64,000 nucleotides of DNA from assembly GCF_000143415.4 (NCBI RefSeq), contig NW_003314282.1:345700-409699 (forward strand). Direction: 5' to 3'. This document shows, piece after piece, positions 22,833 to 34,949 of this stretch. The notes under the pieces are model-generated. The model saw nothing but the letters and a program-made list of their open reading frames with translations. It was not told the origin of the DNA and did not search any database. Position 1 is the first letter of the stretch. Each line of letters starts with the position of its first letter. The stretch is from Selaginella moellendorffii (Eukaryota > Plantae > Lycopodiophyta). A program made the translations under genes and the position numbers.

Positions 22833-23693
22833 CAAATGGGGCGCTTGTTTTCTACGCGTCAATGCGTCGTGTCGGGGGCCGAGCGAGCTGGATCGATGCG
22901 CTCCTCTCGCAAGAACCCTAAAACTAAACCCAAATGCCGCGAAATATTTTCAACGAGATAAAAGTTCTATAGGTTTTTTTCCAAAGGAAGACTATGTTTG
23001 ACTACATTGACCAATACGAAAGATTGGGATTTCACAAAGAGCGCCAATGCTTCAATAAAAATCGAAGGGACTCAACACTCTTGCCTTGATCGATCACTCC
23101 CGGTGGAGCTTTAAAGTGATTTGGATTGAAATGTAGGCCAGAATCGAAGCTCCGCAAGGACCAAGGTGGGATTGAGCGACGAGGATTCAAAGCTTAGCTC
23201 CGGCTGCGGTGAAGAGGACGAGGGGTAATTCCTCGACCTCTTCGAGTTCTTATGAAGTTCCATGCACCGAGAACTTTGAGTCGTCCCAGCAAGGCATGGA
23301 TTCGAAGAAACTCTTGTAGCAGCCACCACACTCCTTGGAATCACAGAGATCCTTTGCTCGTTCCACGAATGCATTGAGCGTGTAGGCCGTGAGCATGGCT
23401 TCCCAGGACGGAACGCCACCTCTTTCCGTGATTGGTCGCTCTAATCCTTGTAGCAAAACTTTTCGAGAAAGCGCTGCAAATTCTTTGCTTGGAAGTTGGA
23501 AGAGATCGAAGATCGAAGAAACTTTCTTTGATTGTAGATGGTGTTTCCTTTTCTTTTCGCTTCGCAGTTGTAAGTTCTCTGTGTTTCCAGCGAAAATCCG
23601 AGAGCTATTAACACACCGCGTGGTTATTTACATTGGGAGTAAACATCAAACCGTTAGGATCAAGGTCTAGCTTTGTCAAGTTGAAATCTGAAT

Positions 23694-24838
23694 CTATCTC
23701 TCAGTCTTGAACTTTTTGGATTTGTCCAGCATATCTACCATCGCCGAAGTCCGATAGGATGTCACCGAACATTCTCTTTTCGCAGAAGGAGCTGATGTAA
23801 ACAGAGAAAATTCACAAGAGTTAGAACACAAAAGAGCTGTCCAAAATGTCTTACCTCTCGACTGGTACGTAGATCGCTGGTTGACGTGAGAATTCTCGGC
23901 CGCAAGCAGCACAGCATGTCCCCCGGAACGGTAATAATCCCCCATCATGCACTGGATCAGCTCCTCGAGTTCGCTCACCAATCCCTTGGACAAGACATCG
24001 CCAGCTCCAAACGCTCGGGAGCTCTCAATCTCTTGCTTCACGTCCAGCAGCGCTTGCTTTGCCGACGCCAAGTCTTCCGAGCTGCGACACCCGAGCCTCC
24101 GAGCGGCAGCCATGGCCTTCGAGGCACTCACACGGTTCTTCTGCCTGTCCACCTCGATCTTTGTCGCTTCCTCTTCCTCGCCAGCTTTGAGCTCCTGGAT
24201 CACCAAGCTCGAACTTGCAAGCTGCTGGGTCTTGTCGCTCGACGGGTCTCGAAAGCTCCCTCCAACTTTGAGAAGTTCCAGCGACGAAGAGCTCGAGTCA
24301 GAGCCAGGCAGCAAGAGCTCCACCAGGATATCTCTCTCCTCTTCCGCGTACAAGGATCCAAGCTTCACTGTCGCAGCTCGATCGCCAGCCATGGCCGTTG
24401 TCCCGGCGGTGGCTTCCACACTCTTGATCCGCGCTCTGCCGCTTGCCTCCATCCAGACCTCCACTTCCTGTGCCACCACGCTAAGCAACCCGCCAATGAA
24501 CTGGGCAAACGCGTGCTGGACGGCAAACTCCTCTTGCACGTAGCAAAAGCTGCCACCCGTGGCCTCGGCGATGCTCAGCATGGCCTCGGGATCATGATCA
24601 CTTCCAAATCCAAAAGTGTGCACTGGAACTCGCTCGCTCCCATTCTCGAGGTAGGAATCCACCGGAAGAACTTTGTCCCGTCCGTGAGAAGCATGATGCT
24701 CGACACTGGGTTCCTGTTCTTGCGCCGCGAGAGAAGATCGAATCCAGCCTTTAGACCCGGACAGATCTCAGTTCCTCCCAGGCTCCGCAGCTTCTCCACT
24801 GCATTGAGTGCCGCGGCTCGACCTTCGTGGGTCATCCT
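23694..24838 (-). pseudogene. 5'-deleted vWA gene, copy 2
   Basis: Deletion joins 15229-equivalent to 15654-equivalent, removing ATG and MIDAS DVSGS; second frameshifting deletion at ~24675. Confidence 0.9.
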
Positions 24839-25047
24839 ATGGGAGAATTTTATACCTTTAAGTGGTCAAGTCGGCCCTACATTTCAATTTAAATTCTTTT
24901 TTTTTCCGGACGGTTCAGATGAGGGCACGTGGACAACGTTTATAGTCGATCATCAATCTCATGCTTCCAGTTGGGCACTATCAAAACAAAATATATATAT
25001 TGATAGATAATTTGGGATTTCTTGGATTTTCAGATCCTCCAAAGTGA

Positions 25048-26305
25048 CCAGAGCGGATTCTTTCGGATAATGGTCTTGCATTTATGGTTGAGGTATTTCA
25101 TGTTTTGACATCTCGGTTGGGGATACACCACACTTTTACGAGTGTTTATCATCCACAATCAGACGGTCTGGTGGAAAGGCTCGTTCGGACATTCAAAAGG
25201 ATGATTGCGAAGTATGTGAACTTTCAGCATTCGGATTGGGATGGTTATTTGCCATCTCTTTGGTATGCCTATGTCACAGGGGTGCAGAGTTCTGTTGGTG
25301 CTTCACCATATAAACTTTTATATGGTCATAATCCAATATTACCAATAGAGTTGGGTTTACCTTCGCGATTGCCACGAGCTCCTGATGCTAGGTCATGGGA
25401 TCAGTATTTGACAAGCATTCTTCCACTTGTCCGAGCAGAGTCTGCCGAACACTTAGGCCGCGTACAAGTGGGATAACAACGGCGCTACAACTCCCATCAT
25501 CGTCCACCTGCGGAGTACAAAGTGGATGATTTGGTGTTAATCCGTTTTCCCCATCTTACGGTACATGTTTTATTTCGTTAAAGTGAAATTTTTCATTATC
25601 CCACTTATAGTGTGTGGCCACATGCCATTTTTATAACAACAATAAAAAATTGAAGTTTTAGCTTTATAATTTATAAATTAAAAACTTTTTATATGATTTT
25701 GTGTTATAATATTGTGAAATATAAAAAATAAATTAAAAAACTGATAGAAATATTAATAAATATTAATTAAGTACTAGGAAATGGCATGTGGACACATGCT
25801 AATTAATGTCCCACTTTACTGAATAAGTTCCACTTTAACGAAATAAAGCATGTACACCACGTTTATCTAAGGGGCTCCTTGCGCAATGGAAAGGACCGTA
25901 TCAGGTGTTGCGGCAAGTTGGACTGCAAGTTTATGAAGTTCGGCATGATGTTCAACAAGCCGATCCTCCGGAGATTGTGCATGTGCAGCGGTTAAAACGC
26001 TTCATACAAAGGGATCAGGAGTAGTTAATACTGTCTACAGATCTGTCGATGCCTCCTCTTGACATTCCTCCAAATCCCGGCCCATCTACAAGAAAACCCT
26101 GACGGCCTTCCATTATTCCGAGAGGAGGGGATGATGTGAGGGCCAAGTGTACAGCTACGATGCCGTATACTAATATTAGTGCAGTGGATTTTGGTAGCCG
26201 TCATATTGGTTTCAATCCGGACCACTCGCTCCTGTATATAAGCTAGGGTTTTTGGGCTAATTGATATGCACATTTCTGTATTCCCTTTCCATATTCCATG
26301 CACTC
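25048..26305 (+). mobile_element. Ty3/gypsy LTR-retrotransposon 3' remnant (integrase core + GPY motif, PPT, start of 3' LTR)
   Basis: PERILSDNG, YHPQSDGLVER, SPYKLLYG, YKVDDLVL, WKGPYQV, VHVQRLKRF; premature stop at 25474; PPT agaggaggggatga at 26121-26134 followed by TGTGAG. Confidence 0.9.
25561..25856. mobile_element. MITE-like insertion inside the integrase
   Basis: Terminal inverted repeats gtacatgttttatttcgttaaagtg / cactttaacgaaataaagcatgtac; inner IR ccacatgccattt / aaatggcatgtgg; AT-rich core. Confidence 0.9.
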
Positions 26306-26705
26306 ACAAAATTTAAATTCAATTTTGTGAATAAATTCAAGTTTTATATGAAATTCAGATCTCTATTGTTACATTCACTAATAATTTTATAGTTATTAAA
26401 TTACATTTTAAAAAGTAGCAAAGTTTTCCAAAAGATATTGAATTTTTATCAAAACTATAGTTATTAAAAATTAATAAAATTTGACAAAACATATTTTAAT
26501 AACAATTTTTTTAGTGTTAAGTTGAAGTTTAGAATTATAAACATGTTTATAATTTATAAACACAAGATTAATTCTATATCAAGGAAAATTTATAAATTAC
26601 AAATACAAAATTAATCTAAATAACCTTTCGAAATAATAAAAACCTGAACTATAAATAAAGAACTATTCATAATCTAAGTTTCTTAAATGTCAAAACCAAC
26701 AATTC

Positions 26706-27518
26706 CTAGTATTGGTTTAAAAGCTTAATATATTCTGGCTTCAGGCTTTTTATATCTGCTGGTAAATCATTTCCTGTTGCCTTAGCAAATTTCTCCAAAG
26801 CTTGAATAGCCTTGTCTTGAATAGCCTCAATAACTTGCATGTCGAGCTGTTGCGTCTTGAGTTCTTCTAAACCATATCCTCTTCGCAGAATTTCAAGTGG
26901 AGACTCCAGCATGTAGACATGAACCAGTAGCGCATAGACAAGCGCAACACCTGCTCCCAAAAATTGCCATCCTCGTGCAATGGGTTGAGCATACCACATA
27001 CAAACACCATAAAGTGCAGCCCTTACAAGGAGGAGCACGCCCTCGCATCCATACCAATCGTCGAAAGGTACGATTCCTGATGGAGTTGCAAACCCCCAGA
27101 ACTGTATCGCCTGAAAAGGGAGCACCACCCACAAATTCGTGGTCGCTGTGGAACAGATACCGCTGATGCCAGCAACAAGACAGCCATACGCGATTGCCTT
27201 CTTTCGACCCACGGTAGCCAACATTCGCGCTGTTCAAAGTTTCCTCAAGACTACATAAAATAAAACAGGAAAATAAAACTTACCTGAAATGGCACAGGCC
27301 ACCATAACCGCACAGACTCCCACAAACCGTCTGAATTCAGTATCTAGAGGGGGCAGATATGTATTACCCATCCAGATCCCATATGCGGTGTAGCAGTGAC
27401 TAACGAGATTCAGAAAGAACTGGCGCCATATAATCCAGTGACGACCAAGCTTCCAACCCTGGTAGATATCAGCAAGATCATACTCACCCTTTGGGGGGTC
27501 CAACAATCCCTCCTCCAT
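26706..27518 (-). CDS. Half-size MFS (SLC22/OCT N-half-like) membrane protein, 252 aa, 2 exons
   Basis: Exons 27518-27284 and 27229-26706 splice in frame; MEEGLL, GEYDLADIY, GRKK, NLWV, GWQ, LESP, KAIQALEKFAKATGNDLP. Confidence 0.75.
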
Positions 27519-27699
27519 ACCTCTCGCCCGAAATGGCCATTTCAAGACTAGCTTTTTAACATCTTGACCGTTGGATTGGAACGGCCATTATTAGATTCTT
27601 TGTAATGGAAAAAACCACCAACAGAGGATATTTATACCCAACATTAGTATCCATGGTTTGATTATTCTGGTATATGAGCTTATTGCTCGCTCTAAGCTA

Positions 27700-28682
27700 C
27701 TGCCCCAGGGGAGCTAGGCATTGGCAAGACGACGATGATGAGCGTTCTCTCGCGGGTGGAGCGTAAGAAGGGGCCAGAGGCAATGGAAGCAAGTGACTGC
27801 CAGCATGAAGGGATTTGCTGGTCGATTGTCCATCTCTGGCCTGGTGCTGCTTCTGTGTACGCTGGCCTTGCTTTTTATTTCCAACTTCATCGTTGTGGCT
27901 TTGCAGATTTGCAATGCAGTTTGGCAGCGAGGATAATGCATGCAACGCTTGTGTTGTCAGAGTAGGATGCTAACACTTTTATCTTTTGCTCTCTCGTCCC
28001 TGGTTATGATAAAGAGCAAACAGTTGTTTTTGATGTTGCAGAGGCATTTATGATTCAGAACACTTTATCAAATCGCTTAGCGACAACGTCAAGATTCGTT
28101 TCAAACCGGACGTTATGTTGCTGAGCAACCAGATCGTGAGCAGGCTCCGCCACTTTCTCCGATTCTAGATGGGTACGTACTTTCGACTTTCGCACTGACA
28201 AGCTTCTCTTAGGTGCCTTGCCATCTTCAAACCGGAAGAACAAGAGATACTATGGAAGTACCGAGAGCAAAACTTTGCCAAGAAGCGCCTCGTCTACAAC
28301 GAGAGGCGGGAAGTGTCCACCGGAGAAGTCGTCCTCCAGGCAATGGACCTCGACAAATCGACGCGCCTCTACCTCGCAGCAAGAGGTTCAGGCAGCCACT
28401 GTAAATCCACACCTGGAGAATCGCACCACTGTCACTGCTCTGGAGGGGCTGGAAGCTGTCCAGGCCGAAGGGAGAGGGCTGCTGGGAGCGGCGGTGGACT
28501 ACATGGTGTGCTTGCTCTCGAACATAACTTTTTCAACAATCTCCTGGGCCACAGGCTCTACTATGGCTTCCGGTGTCCATCCAGCCTAACAGGAAGGCTC
28601 TGGCACCGATCTTTATGGCTCGTGAGAGTGGTGGCGGCGGCGGTGCAGCAAACTTCGATGTAATGGCGAGAGGGTGATGAAC
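27700..28682 (+). pseudogene. O-fucosyltransferase pseudogene, copy 3 (inverted, heavily deleted)
   Basis: Colinear fragments of 12990-11205 in opposite orientation; ~1.8 kb reduced to ~1 kb. Confidence 0.88.
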
Positions 28683-29527
28683 AGTGCATCTTAGCAATTG
28701 TTAAAAGCCTTTTTAATCATAGTGAAGCTTGCACAACATAAATTATATAGGTAAAGATACATTTTTATTAATTAAATTACTTTTTCTAAAATTTGTTCTT
28801 AATGACTCTGATTAAGAATGTTTATACTCTTATTAGTATACTATATATGTTATTAGTAAATTTATGAATTGTACATTTTGCATTTATTAGTCATAACTTC
28901 AACAACAAGTTATTTAACAATAAAAGAACTATTTTTTGTATTATATATAAAATTTAATGGCTAAAAATCTGTATTTACAAGTCAATTTTAAACCTTAATT
29001 GATAGTTATTCTGTACTATAAAGTATTTTTAGATATGGTAATATGGCTGAAATAAAATAAAAATATTTTTAAACCTAATTTGATTGAACTACTTAAGATT
29101 TTTCCAGTGTTAAAAATAAAAATAGTTCTAATATTTATTGGTTTAGTAATTTGGGTTAAAATAGTTTTTAATAAAGCATAACGTTATTTATATATCCAAT
29201 CAAAAAGTGTTTTTATGTATCTAATGTTATATAATCTGCTTATAGAAAAATTCGTATTATAGTCTACAATTGACTACTTCAATAAATCTTTATTGATAAA
29301 CAAGTAAAACTATACTAACAATAATTTAAGTAATAAAGCTTTACCTAACTTGTAACTATTTTGTGAAATTATGTTAGTGCTTCTCTTAATAAACATATAA
29401 ATGACTGAATTATTAGCCAAAATAATAATTTTTTTACTTAACATATGTATATTTTCAGGTTAATTTTAGGCAGTAACTATACAAAATTAACTATAAATTT
29501 AGAAATTAAATGACTCTGTCTACGCAT

Positions 29528-30305
29528 GGTGATGAGGCTGGAGGATCTGTTCTTGCTCCATCGCTCACAAATAGGACTGCTTGCGGTATCACATTTGCCA
29601 TAAGCTTGGATCAAGAATGTCCTATGACATGCGAGCGTGGAGCTGCTGCCTCGATGAAAGATTGCCTGCATTCGCACGAGATTGGTTGAGGGATGCTAGG
29701 TGTGATCGAAACATATGACAAAGTTTACGATGCTTGAGAACTATTCTTGCGCAGGAAATACTTGATCTGGAACTTAAATCCCTCTCTTTTTTTTCTCAAG
29801 CTTGTGAACACTTCATGCAGGGAGGAATTTCAAATGGAGAGACGATAGTGACGAGAATAGCATTCAAGCTGACGAGGCTCTCAGAAATTTTCTTTCGCCA
29901 TATTTGATTTTGCTTGCTTGCTTGCTTCTCAAAGAAATTCCAAAAGAAAGTACTGAGCTGCGAGCTTGTGCTCGTGATGATCATGTGTCGAGGTAATTTC
30001 CAAGAAACTGTTCTCCTTTCGTGGATCTCGTGAATGCGATCGATTTTTTACAGCTCGAGGGGATGGTGGCCTTGGTTCTGGCGGATCAGATCCTGCAAAA
30101 TTACACCCAGTGCCAATTTCTCCCTCTTTGCAAAGCTCCAGCTCCAATCCACCGGCAGCCCATGCGTGATCGTGTAAGTTGAAATTTAGCGCCAGCTTTA
30201 AGGGGCATGAAGGCTCGGCCAGTGCTAATTTGCGGTCATCTGTGCGTGGAAAAGGGTTCCGGAAAGCAGCGTCAGTCCATCTCGTCATGGAGCTGTGCAC
30301 CAGCG
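29528..30305 (+). pseudogene. Compressed mosaic remnant: STP start + PPR fragment + chorismate synthase 3' exons + CDPK fragments
   Basis: gctggaggatct..ctccatcgctcacaaatagg (STP); gggaggaatttcaaatggagagacgatag (CS); atctgtgcgtggaaaag..gtccatctcgtcatggagctgtgc (CDPK). Confidence 0.8.
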
Positions 30306-31084
30306 GGATTCACGTGGAGAACAAGATGGGAGTCACTGCTCTTCTGTATCAATTTTAATAAGTATTTAACCTTGATTATAAACGAAATAGAGAAAAACAA
30401 TTCTAAAGTATCATGAATGTTCTAGGAATTCGATATCTTAAACAATACAAAACAGTATTTTAACATATCATTCGACCATTTTCTGCTCTTAGAATGTCAT
30501 TTAAGATAAAGTTTGAAAGTCGTTGGTCACCTTGAAAATCATAGCAAAGAGCACTTAGTTTAACTGTCTTGTCTGGTGAAATTGGGATGTTAGCACCTTC
30601 ACAGCTCCATTGAAATTTAGCACCTCTTATAAGATTGCCATTATTATTTCCAATGCAATTGTTAAGAACAATAGGTGATATTTTGTTTTTGAAACGTGCA
30701 CATGTAGCTTCAAGCTGTCATCCTTTGGACTCATCATTCACATCAAGCTGTTCAATTTTTATGGTCTCAATATCACATTATCAGTAAAGTCTGCTATAGC
30801 CTAGTGAATTTGTATTAGTAAGTACAAAAAGAAAATAGAAATTTAAGGTTTACCAATGAGAAAGAGACCAACACAAACACAAATTAAGAAATAAAAGTAT
30901 AAGTAGCCATGAAATGAAAAAAAATTTTTTTTTATGTATGTTTCTGATTTATCATCAATTTATATAGTGAATCAATCAAAAGAAAAGAAAATACAGAACA
31001 ATTTGAAATTATTTGGCTGTGCATGCATTTTCAAAACTTTATCCTTTTAATTTCAATCTCTTTTTGAATTTAAGCAATATAAAA

Positions 31085-32350
31085 CAAATATTCAAATATC
31101 TTCTCGACTAAACCTTGGACCAGGACAGTGTGCTGCCTTCTGAGTCTTGTTGTTTTGTCAAGAACAGTTTTGGGTTTGTTCGTTCGTCCTCGATGGCTGG
31201 AGGATCTCTCCTTTCTCCAACGCTCACAAACAGGCAGATCGATTAATACCATTCCAGTTTTGCTGGCTTGCATCACGGCCGCCAGTAGAGGTTTGATATT
31301 TGGACATGACACTGGAATCTCAAGTACAGAAGACGCTTCAACGCTTAGCAAGTTCTATAAGATCGCCATGGACGATTTTCTCATCAGTTTTTCTATGTCC
31401 GCAAGCACGCTGCCCCCGAGAACAATTACTGTAAGTATGACAACCAGGGTCTCCAGGCATTCAAGTCCTCGCTCTATCTCGCAGCTCTCTTTGCGAGCTT
31501 TGGAGAGTACGTGACGAGCAACAAGGGGCGATGCCCAACAATGCTAATTGGTGGCCTCAGCTTTCTCATTGGAGGGGCTCTCCATGCTGCCGCAGAGAAT
31601 TTGGTGATGCTTACCAAAAGTTCTTATTAGGTAAGCTTGATATATGTTCTTGGTTTGTTTACTAAATATTTGGCAGTCAGTACCACTCTACCTGTCAGAG
31701 ATGGCACCACCAAAACTTCGCGGTGATCTCAACATAATGTTCCAGCAAGCCGTCAACTTTGGGGTCTTGTGTGCCAATCTCATCAATTATGGCACCGCTA
31801 ATCTCCAGCTCTGGGGAAGGAGGCTCTCGCTCGGCCTTGCGGCAGTCCCAGCATCACTCCTCACTTTTTGCGGCCATTTTCCTCTCCGACACTCCAAACA
31901 GAGGCCATCTCGAGCAAGGCAAATCACTCCTCCAGAGCCTCAGCTTGCAATGGCCGTGCTCATCCCATACTGTCAGCAAGTCACAGGCATCAACTACGCT
32001 CTTGTTCTGTTCCAGTCGATTGGGTTCCACACAATGCCTCGCTCTACTCGGGAGTGATCACCGTCATGATCAATGATTTTCAAAGTGGCCACTAGAATTA
32101 TTTTAGCTAGTTCGAGTTCAAGGGGAACGAAGAGCTCAAAGAGATTCGCAGTAGGCGTTCACATGATTTCTTTCGCGTGGTCTTGAGTTGCCTGGTTCCC
32201 AGCGAAGTCTTTTCTCTTGAGATCTGCTGACCAGTGCAGTAAACATGGATGACGCTCTTCGTGCATTTCTTCTTGCCTGAGACGAAGAAAATCCTAATCG
32301 AGGAGATGCGGCAGGAGTGGAGCAAGCACTGGTACCAAGATGATTCCAAG
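31085..32350 (+). pseudogene. Sugar transporter (STP) pseudogene
   Basis: Colinear with 43520-45530 including promoter, with many deletions and frameshifts. Confidence 0.92.
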
Positions 32351-32469
32351 TTCTCTTGGAGCTGGTTGTCGTCAAAGAGGAATACGCCGCAATTCATCCC
32401 AGGATCTCGTTTAAAATCTTGTACTTGAAGCTGAAAATAGTATCTCATTGGGTAAGGGGAAATTTTAGG

Positions 32470-32820
32470 GTACCCTATTGAGCAGGGATTGTTGAGCCCT
32501 GCGATCAAGATTACCTTTGTCATGGCTTCACTGCAGCTATCATACATTGGCCACCTCAGCTATCTGAAGAGGTATCTGAAACGATTGGAACCTTTGCTTT
32601 CTTAGCCAGTTTTTTTCTCTTCTTTTCCTAGAGACTTACAAGGGTGTCCATGTAGTTATGTTTTCTTTGGTGGAAAGAAAACGTACACATACGGTTTTCT
32701 TGTTGGGGGCATCTGTTCCATAACGAGCATGCTGGTGATATCATGCTGCTGCTGGTTTTCCAACAATGAGCTTGTGTTGATAAACAGCTGCTGAGGTCAC
32801 GATCCTATAAATTCAAGCAT
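32470..32820 (+). pseudogene. Half-MFS family pseudogene fragment
   Basis: YPIEQGLLSP, HWPPQL, FGGKKTYTYGFLVGGI remnants. Confidence 0.7.
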
Positions 32821-32878
32821 ATCCTTTTCTTTTTTCAAACCAAGAATGTAGACAGCATCAGTAGAAAAAAAAATGACC

Positions 32879-34765
32879 ATGGCCTGAGATGAAGCAACGC
32901 GGTTGTTCATTTGCCGACGTTCTCTCATTATAAACTAACAAGATACATGAATTATTCGATTCTTCCACCCGAACGGGCCGTCGCCACCTTCCTCCAAAGC
33001 CCTGACGTTCATGCTGGTATTCGCTGGGCACCCCTCGCCCGAGAAGCACTCCGGCCAGGGATTCGTGAAGACGACTCGGGATTCACCGGGCGGGGAGACG
33101 TCCCCTCTCACCATGGCCTCGAAGTTAGCGTCGCCGCCGCCGCCACCACTCTCGCGAGCCATAAAGATCGGTGCCAGAGCCTTCCTGTTGGGCTGGATGG
33201 ACGCCCGGAAGCCGTAGTAGAGCCTGTGGCCCAGGAGCAAAGTTGCTAAGACCGTCGTAAGTTGGCATGAAGATGTCCGAGAGCAAGCACACCATGTAGT
33301 CCACCGCCGGTCCCAGCCCCCTCGGCCTGAACAGCTTCCAGCCCCTCCGGAGCAGCGACGGTGGTGCGATTCTCTAGGTGAGGATACAGTGGCTGCATGA
33401 ACGTCTTGCCTCGAAAGATGTCGCCCGCTGCGAGGTAGAGGCGCGTCGAGTTGTCGAGGCCCATTGCCTGGAGGATGAGCCTACTTCTTCCGGTGTCAAG
33501 GGACAGTTCCCGATCAAGCGCCTCTCGTTGTAGACGAGGCGCTTCTTGGCAAAGTTTTGCTCGCGGTACTTTCATAGTATCTCCTGTTCTTCCGGTTTGA
33601 AGATGGCGAGGCACCTAAGAGAAGCTTGTCAGTGGAGGAAGAATGCAAAAGTCGAAAGTACGTACCCAGGGAGCATATCCATCTCATATCGGAGGTGGAT
33701 CGACATGAAGTGGCCTTCAGCGCGGAGCCTGCTGCATCACGTCCGGTTTGAAACGAATCTTGACGTCTGCAACATCAAAAAAAACTATTTGCTCTTTATC
33801 ATAACCAGGGACGAGAAAGCAAAAGATAAAAGGACCTTTTATCGTTCCACAGAGAGTATCCTACTTGGGCTTAACCAGCAGCGGAGACATTCTACTTTCC
33901 TTGCTTTTTATTTCCAGCTTCATCAGTGTGGCTATGCAGATTTGCAATGCAGTTTTGGCAGCGAGGATAATGAATGTAATGCTTGTGTTGCCGGCCATTG
34001 TAACGAACGACGAGATCGCCATTGCCTTCCTTGGGAGTGGCTGCAAGATAGTTCACTAAGTTACATAGGAAGAAGAGAAAGATATGAGAAAAACACTCGA
34101 CAATTACTTACGCGGCAAAAAAGATCGGGACGGCCTCCAGCCAGAAGAAGAAGCTGCCAGAAAAAGAGAACAAAAAAAGGAGACAAACACGTATAAACGA
34201 GGAGCAAGGAAATGTTGACGAATGCTTACATGCGAGTGAACGATGAGCCGCAATTGCGAGATGGACAATCGACCAGCAAATCCCTTCCACTTCAATCACA
34301 GACCTCCACTTCCTGTGCCACCAACGCGTGCTGGACGGCTGCCATCGGTAGCCTGGGCGATGCTCAGCATGGCCTCGGGATCCAAATCCAAAAGGGTGCA
34401 CTGGAACGCCCTCGCTACCACTATCACCGGAAGAACTTCGCATGATGCTCGACACGGGGTTAATGTTCTTGCGTGGAGAAAATCGACTCCCGCCTTTAGC
34501 CCGGACGGATCTCAGTTCCTCCCCGGCTCACTGCACTGATTGCCGCAGCTCGACCGGCGTGTCTCATCCTCTTGACTTTGGGCTCGGCCGATCACGAGGC
34601 GGTCCTGCTGTTGCAAATTCCGGATCACAACCAGATCGACCGGGCATTGTCCCAATCACTAGCCAGCCTAGCTCCTGGCCGAGATGGAAGATCTCGTCTT
34701 CCTCGAGCGTGAGATCCATCCTGCTTACCTCGGATTTTCTCAGACCCTGCCGCCATAGCTCCTGG
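32879..34765 (-). pseudogene. Heavily deleted copy of the PPR-start / OFUT / vWA block (copy 4)
   Basis: Colinear fragments of ~10858-15645 (4.8 kb) in 1.9 kb; internal inversion at ~33867-33994. Confidence 0.88.
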
Positions 34766-34949
34766 AAACTATGACCTAATCGAAGAGAGCGTGTGGACGA
34801 AATTTTTGAAACTTATTCGTTATTTTGGACGATCTATATGCGCCAGTCAAGAGAAGCCACCGACCCACATGAAATATTTTCAAGATGGTAGGACTATCTA
34901 GGACTATTTGTTGACCGATATTTATATCTACTACTCTAAGCCAAATCTC

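Larger units (their letters stand above)
21038..25047. repeat. Recent segmental duplication of ~11009-15922 (OFUT + PPR fragment + vWA + promoter)
   Basis: Near-identical sequence including introns and intergenic DNA; ends at gatcctccaaagtga (15908-15922 vs 25033-25047). Confidence 0.95.
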
